Positions 18,108-28,879 of a stretch of 64,000 nucleotides of DNA are shown in pieces. Numbering within the stretch: the first letter of the stretch is position 1; each line of letters starts with the position of its first letter. The notes under the pieces were generated by a model. The model was given only the letters and a program-made list of their open reading frames with translations. It was not told where the DNA came from and did not search any database. This stretch comes from Pseudomonadota bacterium. GTDB lineage: Bacteria > Pseudomonadota > Alphaproteobacteria > Rhizobiales > Methylopilaceae. The stretch spans positions 14,467 to 78,466 of the forward strand of contig JAEWFF010000015.1 in assembly GCA_023388965.1 (NCBI GenBank), given 5' to 3'. The position numbers were made by a program, and so were the translations under genes.

Positions 18108-19361
18108 TCACGGTTCCCGAGGCGGTTCGCCTTCCACGAGCGCGCCGGCGTTCGGCACCTGGGCGCTCCTGAGCTCGAAGTTCTCGCGTTCTTCGGGCGG
18201 CACCGTCTCGCGGCGGCGCAGCCGCGTGGCGACGAACACTCCATAGGTGAGCGCGACGGCGATCACCGCATAGATGAAGGTGTGATCGCCGAGGACCGGC
18301 GTCAGCGCCGTCACCCCGAGCGGCACCAGCGTCGCGGAGACCGACCAGGCCACGAGCATGGTGGAGGCGAGCGGCACGAAATCCTCCGGATCCGTCCGGT
18401 CGTTGGCATGGGCGTTGGCGATGGAATAGACCGATTCCGTAGCACCCGCCCAGATCGCATAGACGAAGATCAGCAGCAGGAAAGCCTGGAACGTGACGAA
18501 GAGGGCGGCGACCGCCGCGCCTGCGATGAGCAGGCAGGTGGCGATCAGGACGATGCGCCGGTCGATGCGGTCGGACAGCAGGCCGAGCGGGTACTGCACG
18601 AAGAGCAGGCCGAACTGCATGGAAAACATCAGCAGCGCCACATCCGACTGGCTCACCTTCTGGCTTGTCGCGAAGATCGGCGTGAACCCCTGCACCACCA
18701 TGGAAAGGCCTCCGGCGGCGAGAATGCCGGCAAGCGCCACCGGAGAATTGCGCCAGGCCATGGCGAAGTCGAGGCTGACGCGGGCGGGCGGCGGCGGCGT
18801 CGGCAGGCGGGTCAGGCCGATCGGCAGCAGCGCCAGCGTCGTCGACAGGATGGTGATGAGCGGCGCCAGATTGCCCTCCGCAGGCAATTGCCCGAACAGC
18901 CAGGCTCCGACGCCGAGCCCGAGCAGATAGGTCATGTAGAAGAACGACATGGCCTTGCCGCGCCAGCGGTTGTCGCTGGCGTGGTTGATCCAGCTCTGGG
19001 CGATGATGAAATTGGCGTTTCCAGCCGCGCCGTAGATGCCGCGCGCCAGCACCCAGACGAGCGGATTGAGACCGAGGGCGACCAGCACCGCGGCGAGGAT
19101 CACCAGCGCGAGAGAGCAGGAGAAGGCGCGGGCGTGTCCGACCCGCCGGATGACCGGTCCGGCGATGATGCAGCCGATCAGCCCGCCGAAGGCAATCGCC
19201 GTCACCGCGGCGCCCGAGGACCAGTCCGGTGCGCCGGAAAGCGTCAGGACATAGGGCACATAGGCGAGCATGATGCCGTTGCCGATCGCCACGAAGGTCA
19301 TGGAGACGACGATGGCGGTAATGGAAAAGAGCGAAGAAGCCCGCACCGCCGGTCCCGTCAT
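18108..19361 (-). CDS. MFS transporter (YcaD-like)
   Basis: About 12 hydrophobic segments; [13 protein letters not shown] motif. Confidence 0.88.
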   Translation of the reverse strand: MTGPAVRASSLFSITAIVVSMTFVAIGNGIMLAYVPYVLTLSGAPDWSSGAAVTAIAFGGLIGCIIAGPVIRRVGHARAFSCSLALVILAAVLVALGLNPLVWVLARGIYGAAGNANFIIAQSWINHASDNRWRGKAMSFFYMTYLLGLGVGAWLFGQLPAEGNLAPLITILSTTLALLPIGLTRLPTPPPPARVSLDFAMAWRNSPVALAGILAAGGLSMVVQGFTPIFATSQKVSQSDVALLMFSMQFGLLFVQYPLGLLSDRIDRRIVLIATCLLIAGAAVAALFVTFQAFLLLIFVYAIWAGATESVYSIANAHANDRTDPEDFVPLASTMLVAWSVSATLVPLGVTALTPVLGDHTFIYAVIAVALTYGVFVATRLRRRETVPPEERENFELRSAQVPNAGALVEGEPPREP

Positions 19362-19559
19362 CTATTTCTCCCCGTTTCGATTCGACGTCGCCACCATAGC
19401 GGGAGGGGGCGTGGCGCATTGTCGCCGCAGCGCCATGGCAAAAATAATTTTCCCTCCTTCATCTGGCCCCGGTGCGGCTGCGCCGGCGCGCCCGGCGGTT
19501 GCCTTGCGGCAAAAATGCACTAACGTCGCGCCGGGAGAATTCGAGGAAGGGAGCCTTTC

Positions 19560-20585
19560 GTGCGCGTCATATTTTCCGAGGATCACAAGCTCAGGAATGC
19601 CCGGACCGAACTGTTCGGGGGCGAACTGGTGCCGCCCTTCGAAGCCCCGTTCCGGGCGGAGTGGATCCTGGCGGCGGTGAAGGAGGCGGGGTTCACCGAC
19701 GTGTCCGCGCCGCAGGCGCACGGGCTTGAAACCGCGCTCAAGGTGCATGACGCCGGCTATCTCGCCTTTCTCGAAACGGCCTGGGAACGCTGGGTGGCCG
19801 CCGGCTACAAGGGGGAGGCCATCGCCACCTCGTTTCCCGTTCGCCGCACCTCGCCGCGCATCCCGACCGATATCGAGGGCGTGCTCGGCTACTATTGCAA
19901 CGCCTCCGAAACGGCGATCTCGCCGGGCACCTGGGAGGCGGCCGTCTCGTCCATGCGCTCTGCCGTCACCGCCGCCGATATCGTGGCGGAAGGCGCGGCG
20001 TCCGTCTTCGCCCTTTGCCGCCCGCCGGGCCATCATGCCGGCATCGACAGTTTCGGCGGCTATTGCTTCATCAACAATGCCGCCGTCGCCGCCCAGCGCC
20101 TGCTCGACAAGGGAGCGGGCAGGGTGGCGATCCTCGATGTCGATTTCCATCACGGCAACGGCACCCAGGACATCTTCTACGAGCGCGCGGACGTCTTCTT
20201 CGCCTCGCTGCACGGCGATCCCGCCGATGCCTTCCCGCATTTCCTCGGCTATGCGGAGGAGACCGGCAAGGGGCCGGGCGAGGGCATGACGCGCAACTAT
20301 CCGATGCCGCCCGGCACGCCCTATGCCGTCTGGGGCGAGGCGCTGGCCGACGCGTTGAAGCGGATCGCCGCCTTCGGCGCGGAGGCGATCGTCGTCTCGC
20401 TGGGGGTCGACACGTTCGAAAAGGATCCGATCTCCTTCTTCAAGCTGGCCACGCCGGATTTCCTCGCCATGGGGCGGGCGATCGCCGGAAGCGGCGTTCC
20501 GGTGGTGGTCTGCATGGAGGGCGGTTACGGCGTTGAGGAGATCGGCCTCAATGTCGCCAATGTGCTGCGGGGCATCGAGGGCTGA
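19560..20585 (+). CDS. Histone deacetylase-family / acetylpolyamine amidohydrolase
   Basis: RPPGHHA, DVDFHHGNGT, GVD, EGGY. Confidence 0.9.
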   Translation: MRVIFSEDHKLRNARTELFGGELVPPFEAPFRAEWILAAVKEAGFTDVSAPQAHGLETALKVHDAGYLAFLETAWERWVAAGYKGEAIATSFPVRRTSPRIPTDIEGVLGYYCNASETAISPGTWEAAVSSMRSAVTAADIVAEGAASVFALCRPPGHHAGIDSFGGYCFINNAAVAAQRLLDKGAGRVAILDVDFHHGNGTQDIFYERADVFFASLHGDPADAFPHFLGYAEETGKGPGEGMTRNYPMPPGTPYAVWGEALADALKRIAAFGAEAIVVSLGVDTFEKDPISFFKLATPDFLAMGRAIAGSGVPVVVCMEGGYGVEEIGLNVANVLRGIEG

Positions 20586-20685
20586 CGCCGGTCGCCCCGA
20601 CTATGGATTTTTCACCATGTGCGCTCCTGCGGGACGCGCAGGCAGGATGGCGGGCCCGGTCGATCCCGGGCCGCAGGGAGATGGG

Positions 20686-21582
20686 ATGGCCGATCAGCAG
20701 GCGATAGTGGAAAAGGGCGGCAGATTGCCGGGGGCCGGCAATGCGGGGCTCATGTCCGGCGTCGCGCTCTGCTTTCTTTCCATGGCGAGCATCCAGTTCG
20801 GCGCGGCCTTTTCCGCGGTCGCGATCATGGATTACGGCGCTTTCGCCACCACCTTCCTCCGGCTGGCGCTGGCCGCCGCAATCCTGACGGCCATCGTGCG
20901 GCCGCCGCTGCGCCGGTACAATCGGGCGCAATGGCTGAGCGCGCTGGCGCTCGGCGTCACCATCGCCGGCATGACGCTCAGCTTTTTCACCGCCATCGAG
21001 CGTATTCCGCTCGGGCTTGCCGTCGCCATCGAATTTCTCGGCCCGCTGGCGGTGGCGACCGTGACGCTCGGCGGCGGATGGCGCCTTCTCTGGCCGGCGG
21101 CGGCGCTTGCCGGTGTCGGGCTCCTGTCGCGGGACGGCCAGGGCTGGATCGGCGATCCCGCCGGCATGTTCTTCGCCTTCGTCGCGGCCGTCGGCTGGGG
21201 CGCCTATATCGTGCTCGTGAAGCGTTCCGGTCGTCTTTTTACCGGGCTGGAAGGATTGACGATGTCGCTGCTCGTGGCGACCGCCGCCGCTGCGCCCTTC
21301 GGGCTGTGGCAGGCGGGCGCGGCGATGAATCCGGAGGGGCTCACGCGTATGCTGGGCCTTGCCGTCATGGTGCCGCTCCTGCCCTATGCGCTGGAGATGA
21401 CGGCGTTGCGCCGCATGCCGCTCGCCGCCTTCGGCATCCTGATGAGCCTGGAACCGGCGCTCGGCGCGATGGCGGGGTTCCTCGTCCTGGAGCAGTCGCT
21501 GACGGCGTTCCAGATGCTGGGAACGGCGCTGGTGGTGGCCGCAAGCGTCGGCGTGACCTCCGCCGGTGCGCGTGAAAAATAG
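20686..21582 (+). CDS. EamA/RhtA-family transporter
   Basis: SIQFGAA, RIPLGLAVAIEFLGPL, MSLEPA. Confidence 0.88.
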   Translation: MADQQAIVEKGGRLPGAGNAGLMSGVALCFLSMASIQFGAAFSAVAIMDYGAFATTFLRLALAAAILTAIVRPPLRRYNRAQWLSALALGVTIAGMTLSFFTAIERIPLGLAVAIEFLGPLAVATVTLGGGWRLLWPAAALAGVGLLSRDGQGWIGDPAGMFFAFVAAVGWGAYIVLVKRSGRLFTGLEGLTMSLLVATAAAAPFGLWQAGAAMNPEGLTRMLGLAVMVPLLPYALEMTALRRMPLAAFGILMSLEPALGAMAGFLVLEQSLTAFQMLGTALVVAASVGVTSAGAREK

Positions 21583-21662
21583 GGTTTTCCCGGCTCTTTC
21601 CTGTTTCCGCCGCAATCGCTAGGTTGAAGCAGAATCATCCGGAACTGTTTGGGGACCCCTTG

Positions 21663-22325
21663 ATGTACAAGAAATGCGCGATTGTCGCGACGGCCGCGAT
21701 CTTTCTCTCCGCCTGCACGACGACCGACCCGTATACGGGCGAACAGAAGATGTCGAACACCTCCGGCGGCGCGCTGATCGGCGCGGGCCTCGGGGCCGCG
21801 TCCGGCCTGCTGATCGGCAAGAACCCGGTCCAGCGGCGCAATGCCGCGCTGATCGGCGCGGGTATCGGCGCGCTGGCGGGCGGCGCCGTCGGCAACTATA
21901 TGGACACCCAGGAAGCCGAACTGCGCGCCCAGCTCGAGGGTTCCGGCGTCTCGGTCACCCGCGCGGGAGACCGCATCATCCTCAACATGCCGTCGAACAT
22001 CACCTTCGCGACCGATCAGGACCAGGTCATTCCGGCCTTCTATCGCACGCTCGATTCGGTGGCCATCGTGTTGCGCAAATTCGACAAGACGCTGATCGAC
22101 GTCGACGGCCACACCGACTCGACCGGCAGCGCCCAGTACAACCTCGCCCTGTCGGAACGCCGCGCCGTCTCCGTCGCCAATTATCTGGCCTCGGCCGGCA
22201 TCGACACCCGCCGCATGTCGGCGATCGGCTACGGTCTGGATCGGCCGGTCGCCTCCAACGCCACGGAAGCCGGCCGGGCCGAAAACCGTCGCGTCGAGAT
22301 TTCCATCTCGCCGCTCAAGGGCTGA
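21663..22325 (+). CDS. OmpA-family lipoprotein (YiaD-like)
   Basis: LSAC lipobox, glycine zipper, GHTDS..YNLALSERRA..NRRVEI. Confidence 0.92.
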   Translation: MYKKCAIVATAAIFLSACTTTDPYTGEQKMSNTSGGALIGAGLGAASGLLIGKNPVQRRNAALIGAGIGALAGGAVGNYMDTQEAELRAQLEGSGVSVTRAGDRIILNMPSNITFATDQDQVIPAFYRTLDSVAIVLRKFDKTLIDVDGHTDSTGSAQYNLALSERRAVSVANYLASAGIDTRRMSAIGYGLDRPVASNATEAGRAENRRVEISISPLKG

Positions 22326-22354
22326 TCCGCTCTTTCGCAAAGACGTGAAGGGCC

Positions 22355-23176
22355 TTACGGCCCCTCACGGTCCGCCCATTCCAGCCGCTTGTAGTCGAAG
22401 CCGTATTTCAGTGTCGGCTTGACGATCTCGAAATAGGGCGAGAGGTCGAAATCGCGCGGCGTATAGAGCGAATGATGGCGGATATGCAGGATTTCCTCGC
22501 GTGAATAGGGCGAGGAAGCCGCCGTCTCGCCGGGCGCGCGCTCGACCTGCGGCAGGATCGGATAGCGGATCTGCTCGAAGGCTTCGGCGATCAGCGTCGA
22601 ACATATCGCGCGGGTCGGATCGCCGGAACCGAAGGCGATCATCCGCCGCCGCCAGCGCACCGGGATCGGCGGCGTCGGCAGGAAATAACGCAGCATGTCG
22701 AGAATGTTCTTCGTATCGTATTTCAGGCCGAGCCTTGAAACCATGAAGGCGATTACCGCATCGCGATCGTCCGGCGTCAGTCCCACCGGCCGGCAGATGC
22801 GGGTATTGTAGGTGCGGTATTTCGACAGCGGCACCGCAACGCACCCCTCTCCCAGATTGACCTCGATGAGCTGCGGCCGGTCGGTTGCCGGCCGTGTCGC
22901 CTGGTCGAGGGTCAGCGGTATCTCGTCGCCGACGAAGAGGGCCGCGTGCGACCATGTCGACTGGGTGAGATATTTGATCGCCGCCGATACCTTCTGATTA
23001 CCTTCGATAAGCAGGACGTCGCCGGGCCGGAGCGTGCGCGCCAGCGTTTCCGGATCGGAAGGCGTATAGGGCTCATAGCCGGATGTCTGCTGCTGCAACC
23101 GGGTGGCGACCATCCGGCCGATCCGGTCGAGATAGGTGTCGGCGCTGGCGGGAAGCGGTCGGAGAGGGGATGTCAC
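22355..23176 (-). CDS. Permuted papain-like NlpC/P60 (YiiX/YebB-like) protein
   Basis: LRPGDVLL, WSH, later ICS catalytic Cys. Confidence 0.75.
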   Translation of the reverse strand: MTSPLRPLPASADTYLDRIGRMVATRLQQQTSGYEPYTPSDPETLARTLRPGDVLLIEGNQKVSAAIKYLTQSTWSHAALFVGDEIPLTLDQATRPATDRPQLIEVNLGEGCVAVPLSKYRTYNTRICRPVGLTPDDRDAVIAFMVSRLGLKYDTKNILDMLRYFLPTPPIPVRWRRRMIAFGSGDPTRAICSTLIAEAFEQIRYPILPQVERAPGETAASSPYSREEILHIRHHSLYTPRDFDLSPYFEIVKPTLKYGFDYKRLEWADREGP

Positions 23177-23275
23177 GAAGGGTATCCGTCAGGGCGCTGC
23201 ATCGGCTTCATGCCCGCATCTTTGCCATGGCGGCGGGCCGGTGTCGAGCTTGACCGGGCGATGCTAGTGCCTATA

Positions 23276-23292
23276 TTTAGAATTATTCTAAA
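23276..23292. promoter_or_regulatory. Irr-binding iron control element (ICE)
   Basis: Perfect TTTAGAA-TTA-TTCTAAA, abutting the -10 of a CTTGAC-N16-CTATAT promoter (23249-23276) of mbfA. Confidence 0.88.
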
Positions 23293-23307
23293 CTAGAAAG
23301 GCCGTCG

Positions 23308-24291
23308 ATGCTCTCCCGCTTCTTCCGTTCCGCCAAACGCAGCCTGGAGTCGCTCAGCGAACAGGAAATCCTGGCGCTCGCCATTTCCTCCGAGGAGGAT
23401 GACGCGCGCATCTATCTCGCCTATGCCGACATGCTGCGGGGGAGCTATCCCCATTCGGCGCGTGTCTTCGAGGAAATGGCGGAGGAGGAGAACCATCACC
23501 GCCGGCAGCTGATCGACCGGCATATGGCCCGTTTCGGCAGCCGCATTCCGCTGATCCGCCGCGAGTTCGTGCGCGATTTTCCGGAGCGCAAGCCGGATTG
23601 GCTTGTCGCCAACATGCCGCTGGACAGGATCCGCGAGCAGACCGAGGCGATGGAGGCGTCGGCCCATCGTTTCTATCTGGAGGCGGCGGCGCGCACGCAG
23701 GATGCGGCGACGCGCAAGCTGCTCGGGGATCTGGCCCTGGCGGAAAAATCCCACGAATCGCTGGCGCGCCGTCTGGGCGAGACGCTGGTGCCGGCCGATG
23801 CGAAGGATGAGGAAGACATGACCGCGCGGCGGCAGTTCCTGCTCACCTATGTGCAGCCGGGGCTTGCCGGCCTGATGGACGGATCGGTCTCGACGCTTGC
23901 GCCGATCTTCGCGGCCGCCTTCGCCACGCAGGACACCTGGCAGACCTTTCTCGTCGGCCTGTCGGCGTCGGTCGGCGCCGGCATCTCCATGGGCTTCACC
24001 GAGGCCGCCCACGATGACGGCAAGCTTTCTGGTCGCGGTTCGCCGCTGCGCCGCGGGCTTTCCTCCGGCATCATGACGACCATCGGCGGGCTCGGCCACA
24101 CGCTGCCCTATCTCATTCCGGATTTCATGCTGGCGACGATCATCGCCATCGCCGTCGTTTTCGTCGAGCTCTGGGCGATCGCCTTCATCCAGAACCGCTA
24201 CATGGACACGCCCTTCTTCCGGGCGGCGATGCAGGTCGTGCTCGGCGGCGGCCTGGTGCTGGCCGCCGGCATCGTGATCGGCAATGCCTGA
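23308..24291 (+). CDS. mbfA: Iron exporter (rubrerythrin-like plus VIT1/CCC1 domains)
   Basis: LALAISSEEDD, ExxH motifs, QPGLAGLMDGSVSTLAP; ICE upstream. Confidence 0.92.
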   Translation: MLSRFFRSAKRSLESLSEQEILALAISSEEDDARIYLAYADMLRGSYPHSARVFEEMAEEENHHRRQLIDRHMARFGSRIPLIRREFVRDFPERKPDWLVANMPLDRIREQTEAMEASAHRFYLEAAARTQDAATRKLLGDLALAEKSHESLARRLGETLVPADAKDEEDMTARRQFLLTYVQPGLAGLMDGSVSTLAPIFAAAFATQDTWQTFLVGLSASVGAGISMGFTEAAHDDGKLSGRGSPLRRGLSSGIMTTIGGLGHTLPYLIPDFMLATIIAIAVVFVELWAIAFIQNRYMDTPFFRAAMQVVLGGGLVLAAGIVIGNA

Positions 24292-24315
24292 CGGGCGATC
24301 CGGCGCGGGCCGCGG

Positions 24316-24990
24316 TCAGGCGGCGGCGCGCAGCAGCGATAGCCGGCCGTCGGCCTCCACATGGACCTCGACGTTCTCGTAGCCGTCGAGTGTCGGGTGG
24401 GTGGTTTCGATTGGGTGGGTATGGGTGGCGATGATGACCGCGACGCTTGCGCCGGCGCTTTCACCGGCGCGAACGCCCGCCGGCACGTCCTCGAAGACGA
24501 CGCAGTCGGCCGCTTCCACGCCGAGCCGTCTTGCCCCCAGCAGGTAGCCGTCGGGGGCGGGCTTGCCGGCCTCGACGTCCTCTGCCGTCACGATGACGGC
24601 GGGCACCGGCAGGCCGGCGGCGGCCAACCGGCGGCGCGCCAGCGCGATGGGCGCCGAGGTGACGATGCCCCAGCGATCCGCCGGCAGCGATGCGAGGAAG
24701 CGGGCAGCGCCGGAAATCGGCACGATCCCGTCCACGTCCTCGATCTCGCGCCGCTCGATTTCCTTTGCCTCGGCCTCGGCATCGACGCCCGGCAGGGCCA
24801 GCCTGCGGATGGTGTCGATGCCGCGCACGCCGTGCATGGTCGGCAGGAAGGCGGCGACGTCGAGCCCGTGGCTGAGCGCCCAGGCGCTCCACACGCGCTC
24901 GGTGGCGGGGATCGAGTTGATGAGGGTGCCGTCCATGTCGAACAGGAAGGCGGAAAAACTCTTTTCGAAAAGGCGCGTGCGGGAGAGCAA
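24316..24990 (-). CDS. HAD-family sugar phosphatase-like hydrolase
   Basis: FDMDGTL, GKPAPDGY, FED. Confidence 0.9.
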   Translation of the reverse strand: MLSRTRLFEKSFSAFLFDMDGTLINSIPATERVWSAWALSHGLDVAAFLPTMHGVRGIDTIRRLALPGVDAEAEAKEIERREIEDVDGIVPISGAARFLASLPADRWGIVTSAPIALARRRLAAAGLPVPAVIVTAEDVEAGKPAPDGYLLGARRLGVEAADCVVFEDVPAGVRAGESAGASVAVIIATHTHPIETTHPTLDGYENVEVHVEADGRLSLLRAAA

Positions 24991-25161
24991 AACGAGGATC
25001 CTTGCAGTCTCGGGGAGGTTCGCCCTGACCTACAGCAAAACACCGTGAAAGGGAAATTGCGTGCGCCTCGCCGTCATTGCCCTCTTTTGCTTTCCCGGCC
25101 GGCGGGCTTGCAATCACGCCGCCTCCGGCATAGCTGTCTTGCCGAACGATCCGGACATGCA

Positions 25162-26286
25162 ATGCCCCAGAAGGTTTTTCTTTCCCGCCTCAAGCTTGCG
25201 GATTTCCGCAATTACGCCGGCCTGTCGCTGGCGCTCGACGGGCGGCATGTGGTGCTGACCGGCCAGAACGGCGCGGGCAAGACCAATCTCATGGAGGCCG
25301 TCTCCTTCCTCTCGCCCGGCCGGGGTCTGCGCCGCGCCGCCTATGGCGACATACCGCGCGCCGGCAGCGGCAACGGCTTTTCCGTTTTCGCAACGGTGGA
25401 GGGCATGGCGGGCGAGGTCGATATCGGCACGGGAACCGAGGGCGGCGAGGAAGGGCAGGCGCGGCGGCTGCGCATCAACGGCACCCCGTCCCGCACCGTC
25501 GACGAACTGCTCGATCATCTGCGCATTCTCTGGCTGACGCCCGCCATGGACGGGCTTTTCACCGGCCCTTCGGCCGATCGCCGCCGCTTTCTCGACCGGC
25601 TCGTCCTGTCGCTCGATCCCGAGCACGGACGCCGCGCCGTCGACTACGAGAAGGCCATGCGCGGCCGCAACCGGCTTCTGTCCGAACCGCGCCCCGATCC
25701 GGCGTGGCTGACGGCGCTGGAGCGGCAGATGGCCGAGCTGGGTATTGCGCTCGCCCATGCCCGCCACGAACTCGTGGGGCTTCTCGCCGGCCTCGTCGAG
25801 GCGGCGCGTGACGACGGCCCTTTTCCCTCGGCCGTCCTTGGTCTTTTCGGTTTTCTCGACGGCGAATGGCTGCGCCCGGCTTATGAGATCGAGGAGATCT
25901 ATCTGGCGCTGCTGCGCGAGGGCCGTTATCGCGACGCGGCCGCCGGCCGCACGCTGGAAGGGCCGCATCGCGCCGATCTCGTCATCCGCCACCGGGAAAA
26001 GGACATGGAGGCCGGACGCTGCTCGACGGGCGAACAGAAGGCGTTGCTTATCGGCCTCATCCTCGCCCATGCCGGTCTTGTGGCGGGCATGACCGGGCAT
26101 GCGCCGGTGCTGCTTCTCGACGAGATCGCCGCCCATCTCGACGCGGGCCGCCGCGCCGCGCTCTTCGACCGGGTCGATGCGCTCGGCGGCCAGGCCTTCA
26201 TGACCGGGACGGACCGTGCCATGTTCGGGGCGCTGGGCGAGCGCGCCCAGTTCCTGACCGTCGCCAACGGAGAGGTCTCGTCATGA
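25162..26286 (+). CDS. recF: DNA replication/repair protein RecF
   Basis: DFRNY, GQNGAGKTN, STGEQK, LLLDE; start corrected to 25162. Confidence 0.95.
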   Translation: MPQKVFLSRLKLADFRNYAGLSLALDGRHVVLTGQNGAGKTNLMEAVSFLSPGRGLRRAAYGDIPRAGSGNGFSVFATVEGMAGEVDIGTGTEGGEEGQARRLRINGTPSRTVDELLDHLRILWLTPAMDGLFTGPSADRRRFLDRLVLSLDPEHGRRAVDYEKAMRGRNRLLSEPRPDPAWLTALERQMAELGIALAHARHELVGLLAGLVEAARDDGPFPSAVLGLFGFLDGEWLRPAYEIEEIYLALLREGRYRDAAAGRTLEGPHRADLVIRHREKDMEAGRCSTGEQKALLIGLILAHAGLVAGMTGHAPVLLLDEIAAHLDAGRRAALFDRVDALGGQAFMTGTDRAMFGALGERAQFLTVANGEVSS

Positions 26287-27059
26287 CCGACGCCCTGACG
26301 CCCGACGAGATCGAGCGCTACCGCCGCCATATCGTGCTGGCCGAAATCGGCGGCGCGGGCCAGCAGCGGCTGAAGCGGGCAAGCGTGCTCATCATCGGGG
26401 CGGGCGGCCTCGGCGCGCCGGTCATCCAGTATCTCGCCGCCGCCGGCGTCGGCCGGCTCGCGGTGATCGATGACGATACGGTCTCGCTGTCCAATCTCCA
26501 GCGGCAGGTGATCCATGAGACCGGAACGCTCGGCGCGATGAAGATCGAAAGCGCCGCGGCAAGCGTCGGGCGGCTCAATCCCCATGTCCGCTTCGAAGGC
26601 ATGGACACGCGCTTCACGCCGGAAAACGCCGCCGGACTTCTCGCCGGTTTCGATCTGCTGATCGACGGCTCCGACAATTTCGACACCCGCTATGCCGCTG
26701 CCGATGCTGCGGAAGCGGCGAAAATGCCGCTCGTCGCCGGCGCGGTCGGCCGTTTCGACGGTTCGCTCACGGTGCTGAAACCCTATGAGACCGGCGCGGA
26801 CGGGCGGCGCAATCCGGGCTATCGCGATCTCTTTCCCGCGCCGCCTCCGCCGGGAACGGTGCCCTCCTGCGCCCAGGCCGGCATCGTCGGCGCGCTCACG
26901 GGCGTCGTCGGCACGCTGATGGCGATGGAGGCGATCAAGCTCCTGACGGGCGCCGGTGAGCCGCTCGTCGGCCGGCTCCTGCTTTACGACGGCCTGTCGG
27001 CGCGTTTCGAGACGCTGCGCTACCGGCGGCGTCAGGCCGATCGGATCCGGATGCCGTGA
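26283..27059 (+). CDS. moeB: Molybdopterin-synthase adenylyltransferase (ThiF/MoeB)
   Basis: RYRRHIVL, GAGGLG, SNLQRQ, DGSDNF. Confidence 0.88.
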   Translation: MTDALTPDEIERYRRHIVLAEIGGAGQQRLKRASVLIIGAGGLGAPVIQYLAAAGVGRLAVIDDDTVSLSNLQRQVIHETGTLGAMKIESAAASVGRLNPHVRFEGMDTRFTPENAAGLLAGFDLLIDGSDNFDTRYAAADAAEAAKMPLVAGAVGRFDGSLTVLKPYETGADGRRNPGYRDLFPAPPPPGTVPSCAQAGIVGALTGVVGTLMAMEAIKLLTGAGEPLVGRLLLYDGLSARFETLRYRRRQADRIRMP

Positions 27060-27105
27060 ATGTCGGCCGGAAAAGGCCGGATGTTTTGCGGATGTTTCCG
27101 GAGAA

Positions 27106-28110
27106 CTAGACCCGGTTCGGCAACACGCGGTCCGGCGGGCGGTGGCCGTCGAAGAAGGTACGGATGTTGATGACCACCTTCTCGCCCATGTCGATGCGTC
27201 CCTCGATGGTGGCCGAACTCATATGCGGCAGGAGAACGACCTTGCCCTCCGTGGCGAGCCGGACGAGTTTCGGATCGATCGCCGGTTCCTTCTCGAAGAC
27301 GTCGAGGCCGGCGCCGGCAATCCGGCCTTCGCGCAGGCATTTGATCAGCGCGCTCTCGTCGACGATGCCGCCGCGCGCCGTGTTGACGATGTAGCTCGTC
27401 GGCTGCATCAGCTCCAGCCGCCTTGCGGACAGGAGGTGGTAGGTCGCCGGCGTCGACGGGCAGTTGACGGAAACGATGTCGACGCGGGCCAGCATCTGGT
27501 CGAGACTGTCCCAATAGGTCGCTTCCAGCCCGTCCTCGGTTTCCGGATGGGCGCGATTGCGGTTGTGGTAGTGGATGGAAAGCCCGAAGGCCTTGGCGCG
27601 CCGGGCCACCGCCGTGCCGATCCGCCCCATGCCGACGATGCCGAGCCGCTTGCCGTGGATGCGCCGTCCGAGCATCCAGGTCGGCGACCAGCCGGCCCAG
27701 TCGCCCTTGCGGTCGGCAAGGATGCGCGCGCCTTCGGCCAGCCGTCGCGGCACGGCGAGGATCAGCGCCATCGTCATGTCGGCGGTGTCTTCCGTCAGCA
27801 CGTTCGGCGTATTGGTGACGGTGATGCCGCGGCGCGCGGCCGCCTCCACGTCGATATTGTCGACGCCGTTGGAGAAGCTGGCGATCAGTTTCAGCTGCGG
27901 CCCCGCCTGTTCGATCAGCGCCGCGTCGATGCGGTCGGTCAGCGTCGGCACCAGCACGTCGAACGTCTTGACCGCGGCGACCAGCTCGGGCTGGGTGCGC
28001 GGCGCGTCGTCGATGTTCAGTTCGGCGTCGAACAGCTCCCGCATCCGGGTCTCCACCACGTCGGGCAGGCGGCGGGTGATATAGACCTTCGGCTTTTTCT
28101 TCTGCGTCAT
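27106..28110 (-). CDS. D-glycerate / 2-hydroxyacid dehydrogenase
   Basis: GMGRIG, NTARG, GLDVFEKEP, PHMSS. Confidence 0.92.
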   Translation of the reverse strand: MTQKKKPKVYITRRLPDVVETRMRELFDAELNIDDAPRTQPELVAAVKTFDVLVPTLTDRIDAALIEQAGPQLKLIASFSNGVDNIDVEAAARRGITVTNTPNVLTEDTADMTMALILAVPRRLAEGARILADRKGDWAGWSPTWMLGRRIHGKRLGIVGMGRIGTAVARRAKAFGLSIHYHNRNRAHPETEDGLEATYWDSLDQMLARVDIVSVNCPSTPATYHLLSARRLELMQPTSYIVNTARGGIVDESALIKCLREGRIAGAGLDVFEKEPAIDPKLVRLATEGKVVLLPHMSSATIEGRIDMGEKVVINIRTFFDGHRPPDRVLPNRV

Positions 28111-28294
28111 GGCATGATCCAGCGTGCTGTTGACGGGTCCTTAACCAAGTTGGGCAAGGATTGCTTCATCAGAGGCATTTTCTACCAGACCCGGTCGCGA
28201 AGACAATCCGCTCTCGTCGACGGTCCAGCGATTTGCGATGTCGCCCGCCGGTACGGCAGCCCGATGCCCGCTCTTCATTCGAACGGATCCCGTC

Positions 28295-28834
28295 ATGCCG
28301 AAATTCGTCGTTCGTCTCAGCATTGCCGCTCTCGCCGGGGTCCTTGCCGTCGGTGGGGGGCTGGAAATCGCCCATGCGCAGGTGGCCAAGGGTCCGAGCG
28401 GCCTGCCGTTGCCGCGCTTCGTCAGCCTCAAGGCCAAGAGCGTCAATCTCAGGGTCGGCCCGAGCATCGACTACGCCGTCGCCTGGCGCTATCTGAAATC
28501 GGGGGTGCCGGTCGAAATCGTCCAGGAATACGATAACTGGCGCCGCGTGCGTGACGCCGACGGCACCGAGGGCTGGGTCAACCAGGCGCTGCTTTCGGGC
28601 GACCGCACCGCCGTCACCGCGCCATGGATGCGCGGCAAGGGCGAGGATGTCTTCGTCAACATGCGCCGCGAGGCGCTGTCCGGCAGCGCCGTCGTCGCCC
28701 GGTTGCAGCCCGGCGTCGTCGTGCGGGTGGGCGAATGCAATGGCGACTGGTGCCGCGCAGAGGTCGAGGGCGCGAGCGGCTGGGTTTCCCAGAACGAGAT
28801 CTGGGGCGCCTATCCCGGCGAGGCCTTCAAATAG
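28295..28834 (+). CDS. Periplasmic tandem SH3-domain protein
   Basis: SGLPLPRFVSLK..NLRVGP..WRRVRD.DG.EGWV. Confidence 0.88.
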   Translation: MPKFVVRLSIAALAGVLAVGGGLEIAHAQVAKGPSGLPLPRFVSLKAKSVNLRVGPSIDYAVAWRYLKSGVPVEIVQEYDNWRRVRDADGTEGWVNQALLSGDRTAVTAPWMRGKGEDVFVNMRREALSGSAVVARLQPGVVVRVGECNGDWCRAEVEGASGWVSQNEIWGAYPGEAFK

Positions 28835-28879
28835 GCCTCTTCCGCCGCCAGCGCCGAGACGAGAAACGGGGAAGACGGA

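Noticed and set aside
24361..25161. Apparent long N-terminal fusion on RecF (641 aa), and likewise on YejE (46792-47571)
   Set aside because: Open-frame read-through over neighbouring genes; true starts have family-typical N-termini
25162..27059. recF separated from dnaA/dnaN/gyrB
   Set aside because: recF followed by moeB is, to my knowledge, a common arrangement in rhizobia
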